From: Lama glama
Taxonomy: Eukaryota
Direction of reading: 5' to 3'
Length of the DNA: 64,000 nucleotides
Assembly (NCBI GenBank): GCA_028534125.1
Contig: CM052816.1
Coordinates: 22,198,001-22,262,000 of the forward strand
Shown: piece by piece, positions 1-13,536 of the stretch
Layout: every line of letters begins with the position of its first letter
Numbering within the stretch: the first letter of the stretch is position 1
Translations under genes and position numbers: made by a program
The notes under the pieces: model-generated
Told to the model about the DNA's origin: nothing
Databases searched by the model: none
What the model saw: only the letters and a program-made list of their open reading frames with translations

Positions 1-238
1 TTCCTGATCAAGTTATAAGAGTTTTCAAAGCAGATCAACAAAGTTGCTACATTATCATCAGTAAAGACACTACAGCTAAAGAAGTTGTTTGTCATGCTAT
101 TCATGAATTCGGTTTGACTGGTACATCTGACACATATTCTCTCTGTGAAGTTTCTGTTACTCCTGAAGGTGTCATAAAACAGAGAAGACTTCCAGACCAG
201 TTCTCCAAATTAGCTGATAGAATTCAGCTCAATGGAAG
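1..238 (+). CDS. RAPGEF6: RAPGEF6 coding exon (partial at window edge), Ras-association domain
   Basis: Manual translation from nt 3: [29 protein letters not shown]...[18 protein letters not shown]; donor AG|gtgaat at 238/239, phase 2 matching the next exon. Confidence 0.95.
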
Positions 239-929
239 GTGAATGTGCTTATTAATGAATGTATTATTGCTAGATGTATTTTCCAAGATTCCATGTTAAA
301 ACATATTTTAAGTAGAAACATCATGTTTTAGGGCCAGTAGTTCTCTCTAAAGTTAAGATAAGATTTCTTTTTTCAGTTTTCTTTGTCTCCATCATTATGT
401 AAATGGAATCTGAGAGTGTTAGCACTCTTAAGTGCTACCCAAAATTGAGGGAGAAGGAAAGGAAGGATAGCTTGCTAAATATTTAGCCCTCCTGCTAATA
501 TAAAGTCCTAGAACCACTGGTGTAGTCCAGTCCCTGTTTTTTATAAAGGAGGAAACTAGATGATGCATATCTTTATATGTATCCGAGTATATATGTGCTA
601 ATTTATAAATTTGTTTTTTAAATGATCAGTATGTACATTGGTTAAAAGAAGCTAAAATTTTCACAATTCTTTTTCTAAGTTTTCCTTTTATGAATATACA
701 GGAAATTTTTTTTTAAAAAATGTTTAAATGTGCTCTGAGAGTTATTTGATCAACCAGAAGATTGTTTCAGTAGTACATTTGTTCTTTACTCTGGTGATCT
801 TTTCTGAGAATAATGCAATCTTTTTAGTGAGCCTAGATTCATATGTAGAATGAGATCCTTGGAAATCTTAAAATGATGATTCATCATGGTTGCTATTAAG
901 ACAAAGTGGGTTAACTCTGCTTTGCTGGC

Positions 930-1130
930 TACATAGTGGTTCATAGCATGAACCCTGGAGCCAGATTGCCCAATTCAAATCCCAGTTCTGGCTATGTGAC
1001 CTTGAGCAAGTTAGTTTCTCTGTGTCTGAATTTTCTTATCACAATGTGATGATAATAATGGAACTACCTTGTAGGAATGTTACGAGAATTAAATGAATTA
1101 AAAAACATAACATACCTTATAAATGTTAGA
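930..1130 (+). mobile_element. MIR SINE (degenerate)
   Basis: MIR core-like text ttcaaatcccagttct...tgtgaccttgagcaagtt...gttacgagaattaaatga; boundaries approximate. Confidence 0.7.
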
Positions 1131-2027
1131 TATAATTTTATTATCTGTAATTTCAACACTATTATTTATGGTAATCTCTTAGGCATGTGAACAGTATAAA
1201 GGTAGAAGAAAAAGAAGTATAGTTCCTTGACAATAAAAAAATAGATGGACACAAACTTAGGTGTATATCAAGTTGTACATTAGGAAAGGATGAAGTGAAA
1301 GCTGTGTGTAATACAATATGGGACCTCTCCTGTAGCAACAGCCCTGTATAAGATATTCCCCAACTATGAATTCTTTACTTAACCTGTTTCTTAGCTTTTA
1401 AGTGCTGTAAAATTGTGCATCTAAAACAGAGAAAGGAAAATTAAGATTTTTTTATGATTGCTGATTAGGACCATTTGCTGGAATGAGGTTTTGTATTCAT
1501 CAAGGGAGAAATCATTAGTAGAAGAATTCCTATCCTTAATGGTTTTATTCTTCTTTGCTCCTCTTGAAAATTTAGAAGAAAGAAAGAAATGAGTGCAACA
1601 ACAACTTCTGAATAAAAATGTAAACATTCTTGATTCAGGAGTTTATTCATGCTGTCCATGAACGAGTATTTATATAGTACCTTCTGTGTGTCAGGTATCC
1701 TCATAGAGCCCTTATAGAGTTTTTATTCTCAAGAATATACACATGATTGTTCACACATCATGTGAGTAGTTTATTAAAATAATTTAGTTCATGGCATAAT
1801 CAACATTATTTTTACTCTTTAAAATAATAGATGGCAGAATAAGAGGACAGCTTCTTGAGAGTCTTCTCATTTAAAATGTTAATTTTCCATTTCATCTGTA
1901 AATGAATATTCTGCTAACATTTCTGGCCAAAAGTTATTAACAATATAATGATGTTTTGACAACAATAATAATGAAGGAAAGTGCTCATATAAATGTGAAA
2001 TCACTAAAACCATTTTTTTCCTTTTAG

Positions 2028-2411
2028 GTATTATTTAAAAAACAACATGGAAACAGAAACCCTGTGTTCAGATGAAGATGCTCAAGAACTAGTTAAGGAA
2101 AGCCAACTGTCTATGCTGCAGCTCAGTACTATTGAGGTGGCCACTCAGCTTTCAATGAGGGACTTTGATTTATTTCGTAATATTGAGCCTACTGAATATA
2201 TTGATGACCTTTTTAAGTTAGATTCCAAAACAGGAAATACTCACTTGAAAGAATTTGAGGACATTGTAAACCAAGAGACATTCTGGGTTGCCTCAGAGAT
2301 TTTAACCGAATCAAATCAGCTCAAACGAATGAAGATCATTAAGCATTTTATTAAAATTGCACTTCATTGTCGAGAATGTAAGAACTTCAATTCCATGTTT
2401 GCAATAATAAG
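2028..2411 (+). CDS. RAPGEF6: RAPGEF6 coding exon, start of RasGEF (CDC25) domain
   Basis: Acceptor ttttag|G at 2027/2028; encodes [22 protein letters not shown]...[14 protein letters not shown]; donor AG|gtaaat at 2411/2412. Confidence 0.96.
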
Positions 2412-3518
2412 GTAAATTTGTACAATATTTGTGTATGATTTTATTGTGGTATTAGACATGAAGCTGATTTTCTGCTTAGGTATTAAATGGCTAGAAGAAG
2501 AAAAGTTAAGTCAATATGTTTTAATAAGTATTGTTAGATTTTAAATATTTTCCACTATAGTGATACTGGCTTTTTCTCTTTTTGCTTCTTCCATCTTTCT
2601 GTCACTTAAACTTTTTTTGGCAAGTATAGGTGATAGTCTTTCCAGTTTTTTTCCTTTCTCCCCCTCTGAGGGATTATTATACCCTCTTGGATGTAGGCCC
2701 AATAGCTGGTCATTATCATCTTTCAGTACCTGCCTTACTTTGATCTGACACTGAAAAATCACAGTGCGGTATCAGTGCTCTAACATACAATTGCTATTTT
2801 GAAACAACAACAAGAGCAACAGTAGTAATGGCAACCATTTGGTGACCTCTTTTTGTTTCCCACAGATCATGTGAGGTGTCACTGGATGTGTTGCCCCTCA
2901 CACAGGCTGAGCCATTAGAATTATAAAAATCTTTCAAAGTTTATAACCCCAGGAATCGTGGATGGTTACATGGCTCCTGGGAATCTTCCTTCTCCCTACT
3001 TATTATGAGAAGCAGTTCTAAGTAATTTCTTTTCTGACCCTTATCCAGTGCAATGCTGACCAACAGAGAGATTCCACTTAAAGCAGGTCTGATTTTAAAG
3101 GTGGAGAGTAACTGTAGTTTGGTCCATTTATAAGGCCAAATGCTTATGTATGGCAGTGTAATAACCACCGTAACAAATCCCATCTATGCACGCTCTCCAA
3201 AAATTTAACTATGATTTGTTCCTAGTACTCACATGAGATAAAGTTAGAATCTTTACAGGGGCTTTTTAATTTAATCATAAGTCTGTCGTAGTAATAGGAA
3301 ACTCCTTTACGAAATTAACCAGTTGGTGCAATAGAGCTAGACAGTGTAGAAGGAGTACTGAATAGAGATTAACAGAGTGACCTCTAGAATCAACTGCACC
3401 TGTATTTGAATTCGGCCTCTCCTGTGTGGTAGCAGTGTGTCAATGGAAAATTCAAGACCAGTTTCTCATCTATGAAATGCAAGAATTACATCACCTACCT
3501 CATAGTTTTTAAGAGCTG

Positions 3519-3625
3519 GTGCTCACTTTGGCAGCTCATATACTAAAATTGGAACGATATAGAGATGATTAGCATGGCTCATGCACAAGGATAACACGCA
3601 AATTCGTGAAGCTTTCCATATTTTT
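3519..3625 (+). pseudogene. Full-length U6 snRNA retrocopy (5' part of a U6-L1 chimera)
   Basis: gtgctcactttggcagctcatatactaaaattggaacgat...aaattcgtgaagctttccatattttt follows U6 over 107 nt with scattered substitutions, including ACAGAGA box changed to ATAGAGA; upstream DNA is MIR-like, not a U6 promoter. Confidence 0.95.
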
Positions 3626-3833
3626 CAGATTTGTAGATATGGACAGGTATATATAGAATAAATAAACAAGTTTATACTGTACAGCAGAGGGAAATAATTC
3701 AAGATCTTGTAGCTCATGATGAAAAGAATATGAAAATGAATACATGTATATTCATGTGTGACTGAAAAAATGTGCTGTACACTGAAAATTGACACAACAT
3801 TGTAAACTGACTATAACTCAACTAAAAAAAAAA
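3626..3833 (+). mobile_element. L1 3' terminal fragment with poly(A), fused to U6
   Basis: L1 3'UTR text (...gctgtacactgaaaattgacacaacattgtaaactgactataactcaact) then A10; AAGAGCT repeat flanks the whole chimera. Confidence 0.88.
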
Positions 3834-4459
3834 GAGCTAGGTCTAAAACAGGAGAACAAAGATGCCGTTGATAAAAACTTAGAAGGTTAGAAATTGAAAC
3901 TATTTGTATGTGAAGCACGGAGTAAAGAATTTGAAAGTTATAGGCTCAGTTTTGGAGTATTTGAGAAAGAAAAAAGATTGATGTCAAAAGAAATGTCTGT
4001 ATAAAGTGTGTCCAAAGAAAATGGTAGAGGTGTAAAAGCCATACCTCAGTGACCATCCTCAGGGTGGAGATAAAAAAAGAGAGTCCAGCCAAAGAAATAA
4101 AGAATCAGTACAAGAAATAGTGGGACAGCACAGTCATGACCTTGTCATTAAAGCTAAGGAAGAGAATGATTTGAGAGAAAGTGATGGACAGCAACCCAAA
4201 GATGGGTGTAAGAAAGGCCTGGGATTTGGTTAAGGGGCTTTATTTTTGGTTAGGACAGTTCTGCTTTGTTTTTTTTTTTTAATAAAGACTGTTTTATTAT
4301 ACACATTTTCAATAATTCAAGTAAAGTTAACCAACCTTTTATTGTATTTTGTATTAAAATACAGAACGTAAAGAACATATATTCAGCAGAGATGACACAG
4401 GTGAATCAGTCACTTATGGCTGGAATTGAATAGCATATTTTATTTATTTGAGTTCTCTT

Positions 4460-7140
4460 ATTTTCTTAGTCTAGCCAAAGGTCTGTCAGTTTTGTTTGTT
4501 ATTTCAGAAAACCTGTTCTTATTTCATCAATCTTTTCTGTTGTTTTTTTCTGGCTTCTTATTTCATTTGTTTCTGCTTGAGTCTGTTATTTCCCAAAGGA
4601 CTTAGTTTCTTCTTTTTCGAGTTATAGTTCCATGTATAAAGTTAGGTAGTTTATTTGAGATCTTTGTTATCACTATAAACTCTGTCTTGAAACTGTTCTT
4701 GAAGCATCACACAGATATTAGTATGTTATATATTTGTTTTCCTTTGTTTAGAGGTATTTTTAAATTTCTTTTGATTTCTTTGACCTGTGGTTATTCAGGG
4801 GTGTGTTTAATTTCAATATATTTGTAGACTTTTTTGTTTTTTCTTGTCAGTAACTAATTTCATACCATTGTGATCAGAAAAGATATTTGGTATGATTTCA
4901 GTCTCTTTAAATTTGCTGTGTGTTTTATGACTTACCATTTTACCCATCCTAGAGGATGTTCTGTGTATGCTTGAGAAGAATGTGCACTCTGCTGATGTTG
5001 GATACAGTGTGCTATATTTATCCATTAGATCTGTTGATCTAAAGTATGGTTCAAGTCCACATTTCCTTCTTGATTTTTTTTTTTTGTCTGAAATGAAACG
5101 AAATTCATTACTGAAAGTGAGGTATTGGAGTCCCTTTAGACTTACATGAAACAGCTGTAACGGTCTGTGGGACACATAAAAACTTCAGTCACATACAGAA
5201 CTCTACCCTTTTACTCTCCCTCTTTTATGTTTTTAATGTCAGAATTTGCCTTTTTATGTTATGTATTCATTCACAAATTATAGTAGCTAGAGTTATTTTT
5301 GATACTCTTGTCCTTTAACCTTTATACTCTAGTTAAGTGGTTAACATGCCATCATATTAAAATGTCGGGAGTTTTTTTTTTAATGTAACTGTATACTTAC
5401 CTTGATCAGTGTTGTGTATTTTCATGATTTCATATTACTATTTAATATTTCATTTCAGTTTGAAGAACTTTTAGCATTTCTTGTAAGGTAAATCTAGTGG
5501 TGGTGAATTTCTCAGCTGTTGTTTTTCTGGGGAAATCCTCCTTCATTTCTCTAGGATAACTTTGCCAGATGGAGTACTCTTGGTAATTTTTTTCTTTCAG
5601 CACTTTGAATTCACTCTCTCCTGGCCAAAAAGTTTCTCCTGATAGCCTAATAAGGGTTCCTGTGTACATTACAATCTTTTTTCTCTTGCTGCCTTTAGAA
5701 TTCTCTCTGTCTTTGATTTTTGAAAGTTCTTTTGTGGTGTGTTTTGGATTGAAATAATAGAGTGCCCTCTTAGCTTCATGAACTTGAATGACCAGATCTC
5801 TTCCCAGATTTCGGGAAGTTCTCAGCCATATTTCTTTAAGTAGACTTTTTGACCCTTTTTCCCTCACTCCTCCATCTGGAACTTAAGTGATTCGCACGTT
5901 GGGTTTTGTTTTTATGTGTGTGTGTGGTTTCTCAAAGCTCACCTTGTCTTTCTTCACTCTTTTTTATTCTTTTTTCTTCTCAGACTGAGTTACTTCAAAG
6001 TTCCTGTCCTCTGTCTCACCAGTTGTTCCTTCTCTTTGGTCTACTTGATGTTGATGCTCCCTATTGCATTTTTTATTTTATTCATTTAATTATGCAGCTC
6101 CAGAACATCCATTTGACTCTTTTTTGTGATTTCTGTATCTTTGTTAAATTTCTCATTTTGACCACTTACTATTTTCCTGATATTATTGCATTATCTTTGT
6201 TTTCTCGTAGCTCACTAAGTTTTCTTAAAACGATATTTTGAATTCTTTATCTAGTAAATTGCCAATCGCCGTTTCTTTGGGTTTGGTTAGTGAAAGATTA
6301 TTGTGAACTTTTTGTGATGTCATGTTTCCTTGATTTTTCATGTTTCTTGGAGTTTCGCATTGCTTTTTTTGCATTTGAAGTAGTAGTCACATCCTCTGAT
6401 TTTTACTGACTACCTTTAGGATAAGAAAACCTTTCATCATTCTTGCTCCTTCTTGTGGCACATTCTGAAGCTTGTATGTCTTCTTTGGATCCTAGGATGT
6501 ACTATGTCGGCTGCTGATAGGTTCTCTTTTGTTTTCCTGAAGGTGGCGTTACAGCACAGGTTTGTGGTTTCTCCTTTGCACACAGACTCTGGCCTCTTTT
6601 CTGTGCATGTTTCCTCTCTCCCACAGCTTTCTCTTGGGACTGCACAGGGAGCAGAAGTAACAGAGTTGGGGGAGGTAGGGGTGTGGCACATGGTGAGCTG
6701 CAGATGCTCATGGGTCAGTTGGGGCATTTATAGGTGAGGTTTCCCTGTGGCTCCTGGGCAAGTTTCCTTTTGGAATCCGGAAGCAGGAACTACATACTTT
6801 AATACCTTTTTGGAATCTTATGTCCTGCTCTTCTGATATGCTCCCTCCCCTCAGTCACAGAGCCCCCATAATGGTCTGGATGCTGCAAGAGAGCATGAAT
6901 GTGTTTGCAAGCACCCCACACAACTAGGGCAGCAAGGCATTCACTCACTGATTCTCCCTTTCCTCTGCAGGAGAAATCATGGGCTTTCAAGTTTAGCCTT
7001 AAGCTGTGCTGCCTTGGGGGCAGAGTGATGCCAGCATAGTCAATCTGTTCCTACTCCAATGTATCCAGACTCTTGTTTTGTTCTATTCTGTTCTCTTTTC
7101 TCCTCTGGAAACATGGACTTCATAAAGGCTCTCTTCTTGT
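4460..7140 (-). mobile_element. Decayed L1 (ORF2 endonuclease region, ORF1 remnant, 5'UTR-like part)
   Basis: ORF 4813..5175(-) has L1 EN-like motifs (AECTFFSS, EIIPNIFSDHNGMKL); ORF 5442..5867(-) resembles ORF1p (IQVHEAKR, FTTTRFTLQEMLKVL); boundaries approximate. Confidence 0.85.
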
Positions 7141-7339
7141 CCATTTCATTGCTTTTTGTTAATCCTTTAAGTCACTGGCACAAGGTTTTAGCAATGTGTT
7201 TTTCTTTATGTGGGTTCTAATTTTGTCTTCATTTCTGTATTGTTTTTATTTTTCTTCCATTTCTTTTCTGAATTTGGCAATTTTTTGTCACTTTTTCTTA
7301 CCATATATATTTTCCTTAAGTTCTTATATCACTTTGTTT

Positions 7340-7471
7340 TTTTTTAATAAATCTTATTTTTGTTAATATGTATTTTTTTCAATTTTTAATTTTTTGATTT
7401 TTTTAAATAGAAGTATTGGGGATTGAACCCAGGACCTTGTGCATGCTAAGCATGCACTCTACCACTGAGCT
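7340..7471 (-). mobile_element. tRNA-Ala-derived SINE (camelid vic-1-like), 5' clipped, AT-rich tail
   Basis: Reverse complement agctcagtggtagagtgcatgcttagcatgcacaaggtcctgggttcaatccccaatacttc resembles tRNA-Ala(AGC) with A and B boxes, followed by an A-rich tail. Confidence 0.8.
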
Positions 7472-9018
7472 TCTTTATTAATTCATTTGAAATCATGGCT
7501 GGGTCATTAGTCAGTCCCAGGTTTTATTGTTGGAACATGTTTCTGCTTTATGATCTATAACTTTATTATTCCTTATAGTACATTTCATAGCTTCTGTGTT
7601 CATTCCTTCTTTTTAAATGACTTGAGTTTTCCTCTACCATATATCGGCAGGAGACTCACATGGGAGAGAAGCCATGGCAGTATTCTAGGCTGCCAGGAAT
7701 AGAGCTTGTGTGTGAATTATTTCACCCTTTACTTTTTTCCAGCAAATGGAGATTGGCAGCTCAGTTTCTTCCTTCTATCCTGTGTCAGTTAAATTGCTTC
7801 TCACCAAGATGTTGTATCACTGTATGTACAATTTTAAGCTTGCTTTTCCTTTTTCCTGACTCCCTGGTAAAGAACTGAGTCCACCACCCCTACCTAATCC
7901 TATCAGCCTGTGAACTGTTTTGTATTCTTCCACATAGGGGATTGCTGGTTTTGCCTTCAGGATGAGTTACCTGCTTTGGAGAGTTGTGCTTTATGAGCTT
8001 TCATTGAGATATTCAGTTGAAGCATCCTTTTTCTGCATTTTGCATACTCAAATTTGACCTTGACTGTTTTTTGGTAACCTTGCTAATGTGTTTAGGAGTT
8101 ACAGATATCTTTTAGTTTCTCTGGAGATGAAATTTGCATTTCTTTTATTTGTTCTTGTAGCTGTTTGAGATGATTTCTGAGGAGCACAGGGAACAAAGAT
8201 ATCTTAATTCCACACCTTAAAATCAGAAGTCTACAGAACATTTTAAGTACAGTGGTGTAGGTGAAAGTCAGGTGAGAACAGAAAGGAATTGTCTGGTAAA
8301 AAGACTGAGACATTATGTATGAACTATTCATTCGGGAACCTACCTATTAGATGGTAGTGGAGAGGTAAGGAGGGACAGGGAGGAGTTGTAGCCTAATTGG
8401 CGTGAATTATCTTTTAAGTTAGAGCTATCTGAGTTTGTTTAAAATCCTGTAGAACGGGAACGTTGCATGTATGGAGGCCTGGGGAACAACAGGATTAGGG
8501 CCTAGGGATATGGAAGTGTTGGAATCAGGGACTTGAGTGGCCAAAATCTCAGAGAAGGAGGGCTTTTAGCCCCACAGCTTGCCTCAGTTATTATATAGTA
8601 CTTGTGTTCAGCATTATTTATACCACATTTAAATAGATAATGTATCCATAAAGTTATTTCTAAGTAAAGCAAAAAAAATTGTGATACTCGAAGTTTATTT
8701 TTTAGCTGTCTATATTATGGAATTGGTATAGTTGTCATTTAAAATGCAAACTATAAAGTAAAGGCTATATAGGTGTACAACCACAGGCAAGTAATGTAGT
8801 TTTCTTAAAAGAAGTCTTCTTTAAGATCAAGGAGTTCCTTTCATTGTTTTTCATGATTCTGTTTATTTCAACACTTCAAGGTAAGTCCCTACTTACTTTA
8901 TCTTTATTAGAGAAAATTGGTGTATACTTTCCTGACCTGAGTCCTCCTTCTCCCCCAAGTCGCTTTTTAGTGTTTTTATGCTCATTCTCATCTGTTCTCA
9001 TCTTTTATTCCCTGGCAG

Positions 9019-9230
9019 TGGCTTGAATCTGGCATCTGTAGCACGACTCAGAGGTACTTGGGAAAAGCTACCAAGCAAGTATGAGAAACACCTCCATGAT
9101 CTACAAGACCTTTTTGATCCATCTAGAAACATGGCAAAATACAGAAATATTCTTAGTAGTCAGAGCATGCAACCTCCAATTATTCCACTCTTCCCTGTTG
9201 TCAAGAAAGACATGACGTTTCTACATGAAG
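9019..9230 (+). CDS. RAPGEF6: RAPGEF6 coding exon, RasGEF domain
   Basis: Acceptor ggcag|T; encodes [21 protein letters not shown]...[19 protein letters not shown]; donor G|gtattt. Confidence 0.96.
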
Positions 9231-9489
9231 GTATTTAAAAGTTGTTTGAAAATTAGCATGTTTGACTTCAGCTATTTCTACAGAATTGTGGTGTATTATA
9301 TTTAATATATTTTCCAGCCTATTGATTGTAAATCATTAAAGCTTTCCTCAGTTAAATACAGCAGATCTTAAGGACCAAAACCCACATTATTGACAAGAAC
9401 AAATGTAGGTGTTTATCCAACGCATTCAAACATAAATTTGACTTATACCAAGATCAGACTATTTGATTATATTTATTAAATATAGTAAT

Positions 9490-12170
9490 ATTTTTCCTTC
9501 CAACTGTTTTAAAATTACTCAACACATACAGAAAAATACCCAAAACAAGTTAGCAATATAATGAATTATGACAAAGCAAACACACATATAGCCAACATAC
9601 AGTCAAAAAAATAAAACATTGCCTGCCTTTCAGCAGCCTCAATCATGTCCCTTCCCAATTACCACACTCATCCTCTTCCTCAAAGGTACCTAACGTCTTG
9701 ACTTCTAATACTATGGTTTAGTTTTACCTGTTCTTGTACTTTATTTAATCACAGAGTATGTTTTCTTTTGGTTTGATTTGGTTTCTGGCTTACTTTGGTC
9801 AACATTATCCACGTTTGGACATCAACTTTTGTGAGGTGAGGTTCTTCCATGGTTTTGAGTATAGCTCTGCCTCATTTTGAAAACTACTTAGCATTCCATT
9901 ATATAAGTGCAGTACATTGGATTCATCCAGTCTGTTGATGAGCATTTAATAGTTTCCATTGTTTGCCTAATATGAGTAATGCTACTGTGAATATTCTTGC
10001 ATGTATCTCTCAGTGCATACACATTTTTGTTCAGTATAATTCACTGAAATTTATGGATCCTGATAGTCATATAATCAACTTTAGGAAACAGTTTGGCATT
10101 ACTCTGCTAATGTGAAACACTGGCAGTTAGTTATTGGAGTTCATGTTTCTCATCCTCACTGACACCTGATAAATCAATTTTTTTAAATTTTTACCCATTC
10201 CCATAGGCGTGTAATTGTATCTTGATGTGCTTTAACTTGCATTTCTCTGATTACTAATGAGGATCAGCACTCTTTTATATATTTATTTGTCCTCTTTTGT
10301 CAGTTCAGTTTCTTACCTATTTTTAATAAGGGTGTCTCTTTTTTAAATGTTTTTTTAATAAATTTTTTATAAGTCCTAGGTATACTATTACTTGCCTTTT
10401 AACTCTACTAAGGTATCTTTTGATGGACAACATGTTCTTAGTTTTAAAAACCTAATTTATTAATCTTGCCATTTGGTTTTTCTATAATCCCTTTAATTGA
10501 TTTTTGAGTGGTATTCTACTTCATTAACTTGCTAACTATACACTATTTTCCTAATTTTGTGGTGTTACACTAGACATTATGATATTTATACATATTGATA
10601 TTAATTAGAGTAACATTTATTAGTACTTTTCTGTGTGTCAGGCAGTGCAGGAACTTAAATTCCATTTACTCACCCCCTGGTTTTATACAGTTTGTTGCCA
10701 TGCCTTTAAATCCCGCATGATATTATTGTTGATTAGTAAAGTCAGTATTTATTTAGCTTTACCTGTATGATGATAGTGTTACTGTTTTTTTTCCCTCCTT
10801 CATTTCAGCATTTCCATATGATTGGGGGTTTTTTCCCCCTATAGAACACTGATTATTACTCCCTTGTGTTCACGTCTGCTCGTGATGAAATCTCTTAGTT
10901 TTTATTTATCTGAAAAATGTCTTTAATTAATATTCATTCTTAAGGCGTAATTTTGGCTGGCAGTTACCTTTCAGCATTTTGAGAGAACAGAATTGTCCCC
11001 TGGTTTCCATTGTTAATGTTGTGGAGTCAGCTGTTAGTGTTATTTGCTGTTCCTTTGACTGTAATCTGCTCTTTCTAATAACTGCTTTGAAGTTTTCTCT
11101 TTACCTCTGTTTTCTCCTTAGTTTTGCTATATTGTGAGTAGGTGTGGCAATTTTGTTTTTGTGTATTTGTTTTAATTCTGACTCATTTATAGAACATCTT
11201 TAAATTTTGGTATTTTTCATCAATTTGGGGAAATTCTCATTCTGTCTTCCAGTTGTTTACTTGTTCTCTTCTGACCTCTCTTAGCAATTTTCATTTCGCC
11301 TCTTTTCAGCCTCTTGTCTTGTCTCATATACTCTTTCTGTATTCATCTTTTTGTCTTACCTGGGTATTTTCATTTATTATGGTTATTTTCTTTCCAGTTT
11401 ATTTTCCCCTCAGCTATGTCTAATTTACTGCTCATCCTAATGTCCAGTTTATTTTCCCTTCTACTATGTCTAATTTACTGTAAAATTCAACAAATTCCTA
11501 ATTTTAGTTACTGGGGTTTTTTTTTTTTTTTCAGTTTTACAATTTGCATTCTTTTTTTTTATCTTCATGCTCTCGTCCAGAGTTCTCAGTGTGTCTTTTT
11601 TTATAACTTTGCACATAATCAGCAGTTATTTTAATGTCTATTTCTAGTAACTCAATAATCTGTATCTTTTATGAGTCTCTTTCTGTTGTGTTTTTTTCCT
11701 CTTGCGTTTTAATCATGTTATGTTTTCTCCTGATATTCCTAGTTACTTTTGACCAAATGGATGTTGTGTATAAAAAAATTACAGAAATAATGTAAGGTTT
11801 CAGACAATACTCTATTTCTTCAGAGAATTGAAGTTTGCTTCTGCCAAGTAGCTAGGGGTACTAGCAATCCAAAATCACCTTAAATCATTTTCACATTATC
11901 TTTAGTCCCAAACCAAAGCAGTGGAGATTTATGTAGACTTAAGTTGTTTCCCTCTACCCTCAAAAGTCAGGATGGCGCTACTGAGCTGTTCAGCTTATCG
12001 TCTCTTTTTCTGAAATCAGCATATGCCCCTAGGGTCAAGCACTGAGAAATGCTAAACCTGTCCCACATCTTCATTCTTTCTCTAAGTGCCTTGATAGTTT
12101 TATGGTGCATTAAAACTTTTTTTTTCTATTTTTTGTCCCATTTTTCCAACTGTTCTCAGATTTGTTCTAA
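9490..12170 (-). mobile_element. Old fragmented L1-like sequence
   Basis: T-rich antisense L1 phrases (ttgcatttctctgattactaatgag; ctgaaaaatgtctttaatt...cattcttaagg; ggggaaattctc); recognised by eye, boundaries approximate. Confidence 0.55.
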
Positions 12171-13412
12171 TTACCTCGTCTTACTGCCCCACTTTCATTA
12201 TCACTCTTTATGCATAAGGAAACATTGTTATAGACTTCAAATATATTCTGACATGCTTCCTCAAAACATTTTTATGTGGCCTAACAATATTTTTGGTGAT
12301 TATTTTTGTCTCCAACTCATGTTGAGACCCTGAACAATTTATATGTCTATTGTATAGCTGCCATTTACTACAAAAAGGGAGACCATGGTCCATGGTGTGT
12401 TCCAGACCCATGTAATTTTCATACTTGGCTTCAGGGACGTAAGAGTTCCACAGAGGCACCTCAGGGGCGACCATGGGAAATAAATAGGGCCACAGTAACT
12501 GTTAAAGACAGGTGTGAAAAAGGCAGTTAGATTACCCTTTGAACATACAATTTTTTTCCTTGTGGTTTGAACTGAGTGAGACAACATATGGATTAAGTCT
12601 GGTCTCATACCTTCTCTCATCAAAGAAAAGTAGACCCTTTTAAAAGTTGTGTGACTTTTTTTTCTCAGAGAACTACTTAACAAAAGTGAAACAAAAATTA
12701 TGGAACTTATGAACAAGCAAATTTGTGTTAATGATTAAAGTCATGGTTGTAAATTCAGATTCTGGGAAAGGGAAGGCACCTGGCAGACTAGAAGATATCT
12801 TCCCCTATGAGCCAGCCACCACTTAATTTTAACTACTTATTACCACTTGGGAAAACAGACCTACTGTTCTTTAATCCCCCACCTACTCCCCCCTCCAATT
12901 CTTAAATATTAACTCATTTTATAATTTTTTAAAGTATTGTAAACCAAAGAAACCTTACTGGGTTAATGAAGCCCAAAGGTCACCCTTTGTGATCTCTGGC
13001 TAAAACCTAAGTTTTCAAGTTTTTCAACTGTTCTACTCTGCTGCCCAATAAAAAACAGATACAAGTACTTGCCTAAGGGTGGACTAAGCACCTGGAGAGT
13101 TAGATTTAAGGAGCTGCATTTTTTATTAAATGTGCGTACAGCATAATGAAATGGATTTTAGAAGCTGTACACAGTTTATCACTTTCCAGTATTCATTACT
13201 ATTACTGCCATAGGAGTAGAATTCCTCTGAATAGCTTGTTCCCTGGAAGAAGGTTAAACTGTCTATGGGTTTAACAATTCTTAAAAACAAAAGTGGTAGT
13301 TTGATAGAGAAGATTCTAATTTGTGCCCCCCCCAAGAATAATAACTTGACTTCTGCTACCTTCATATAGATATTTTAATTTTGAAAGTTAAAAAGTTACT
13401 TTTATTTCATAG

Positions 13413-13536
13413 GAAATGATTCCAAAGTAGATGGCTTAGTAAATTTCGAGAAGCTGAGAATGATTGCCAAGGAAATTCGTCAAGTTGTTCGAATGACTTC
13501 AGCTAACATGGACCCAGCTATGATGTTCCGACAGAG
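13413..13536 (+). CDS. RAPGEF6: RAPGEF6 coding exon, end of RasGEF core
   Basis: Acceptor tcatag|GA; manual translation (G)[40 protein letters not shown]; donor AG|gtaagg. Confidence 0.96.

Noticed and set aside
3519..3625. Functional U6 snRNA gene
   Set aside because: ACAGAGA box is mutated, no PSE/TATA promoter is evident upstream, and it is fused to L1 with a TSD
7410..7471. tRNA-Ala gene (also 32877-32948)
   Set aside because: 5' end clipped or A box mutated, acceptor stem incomplete, A-rich tail present: SINE copies
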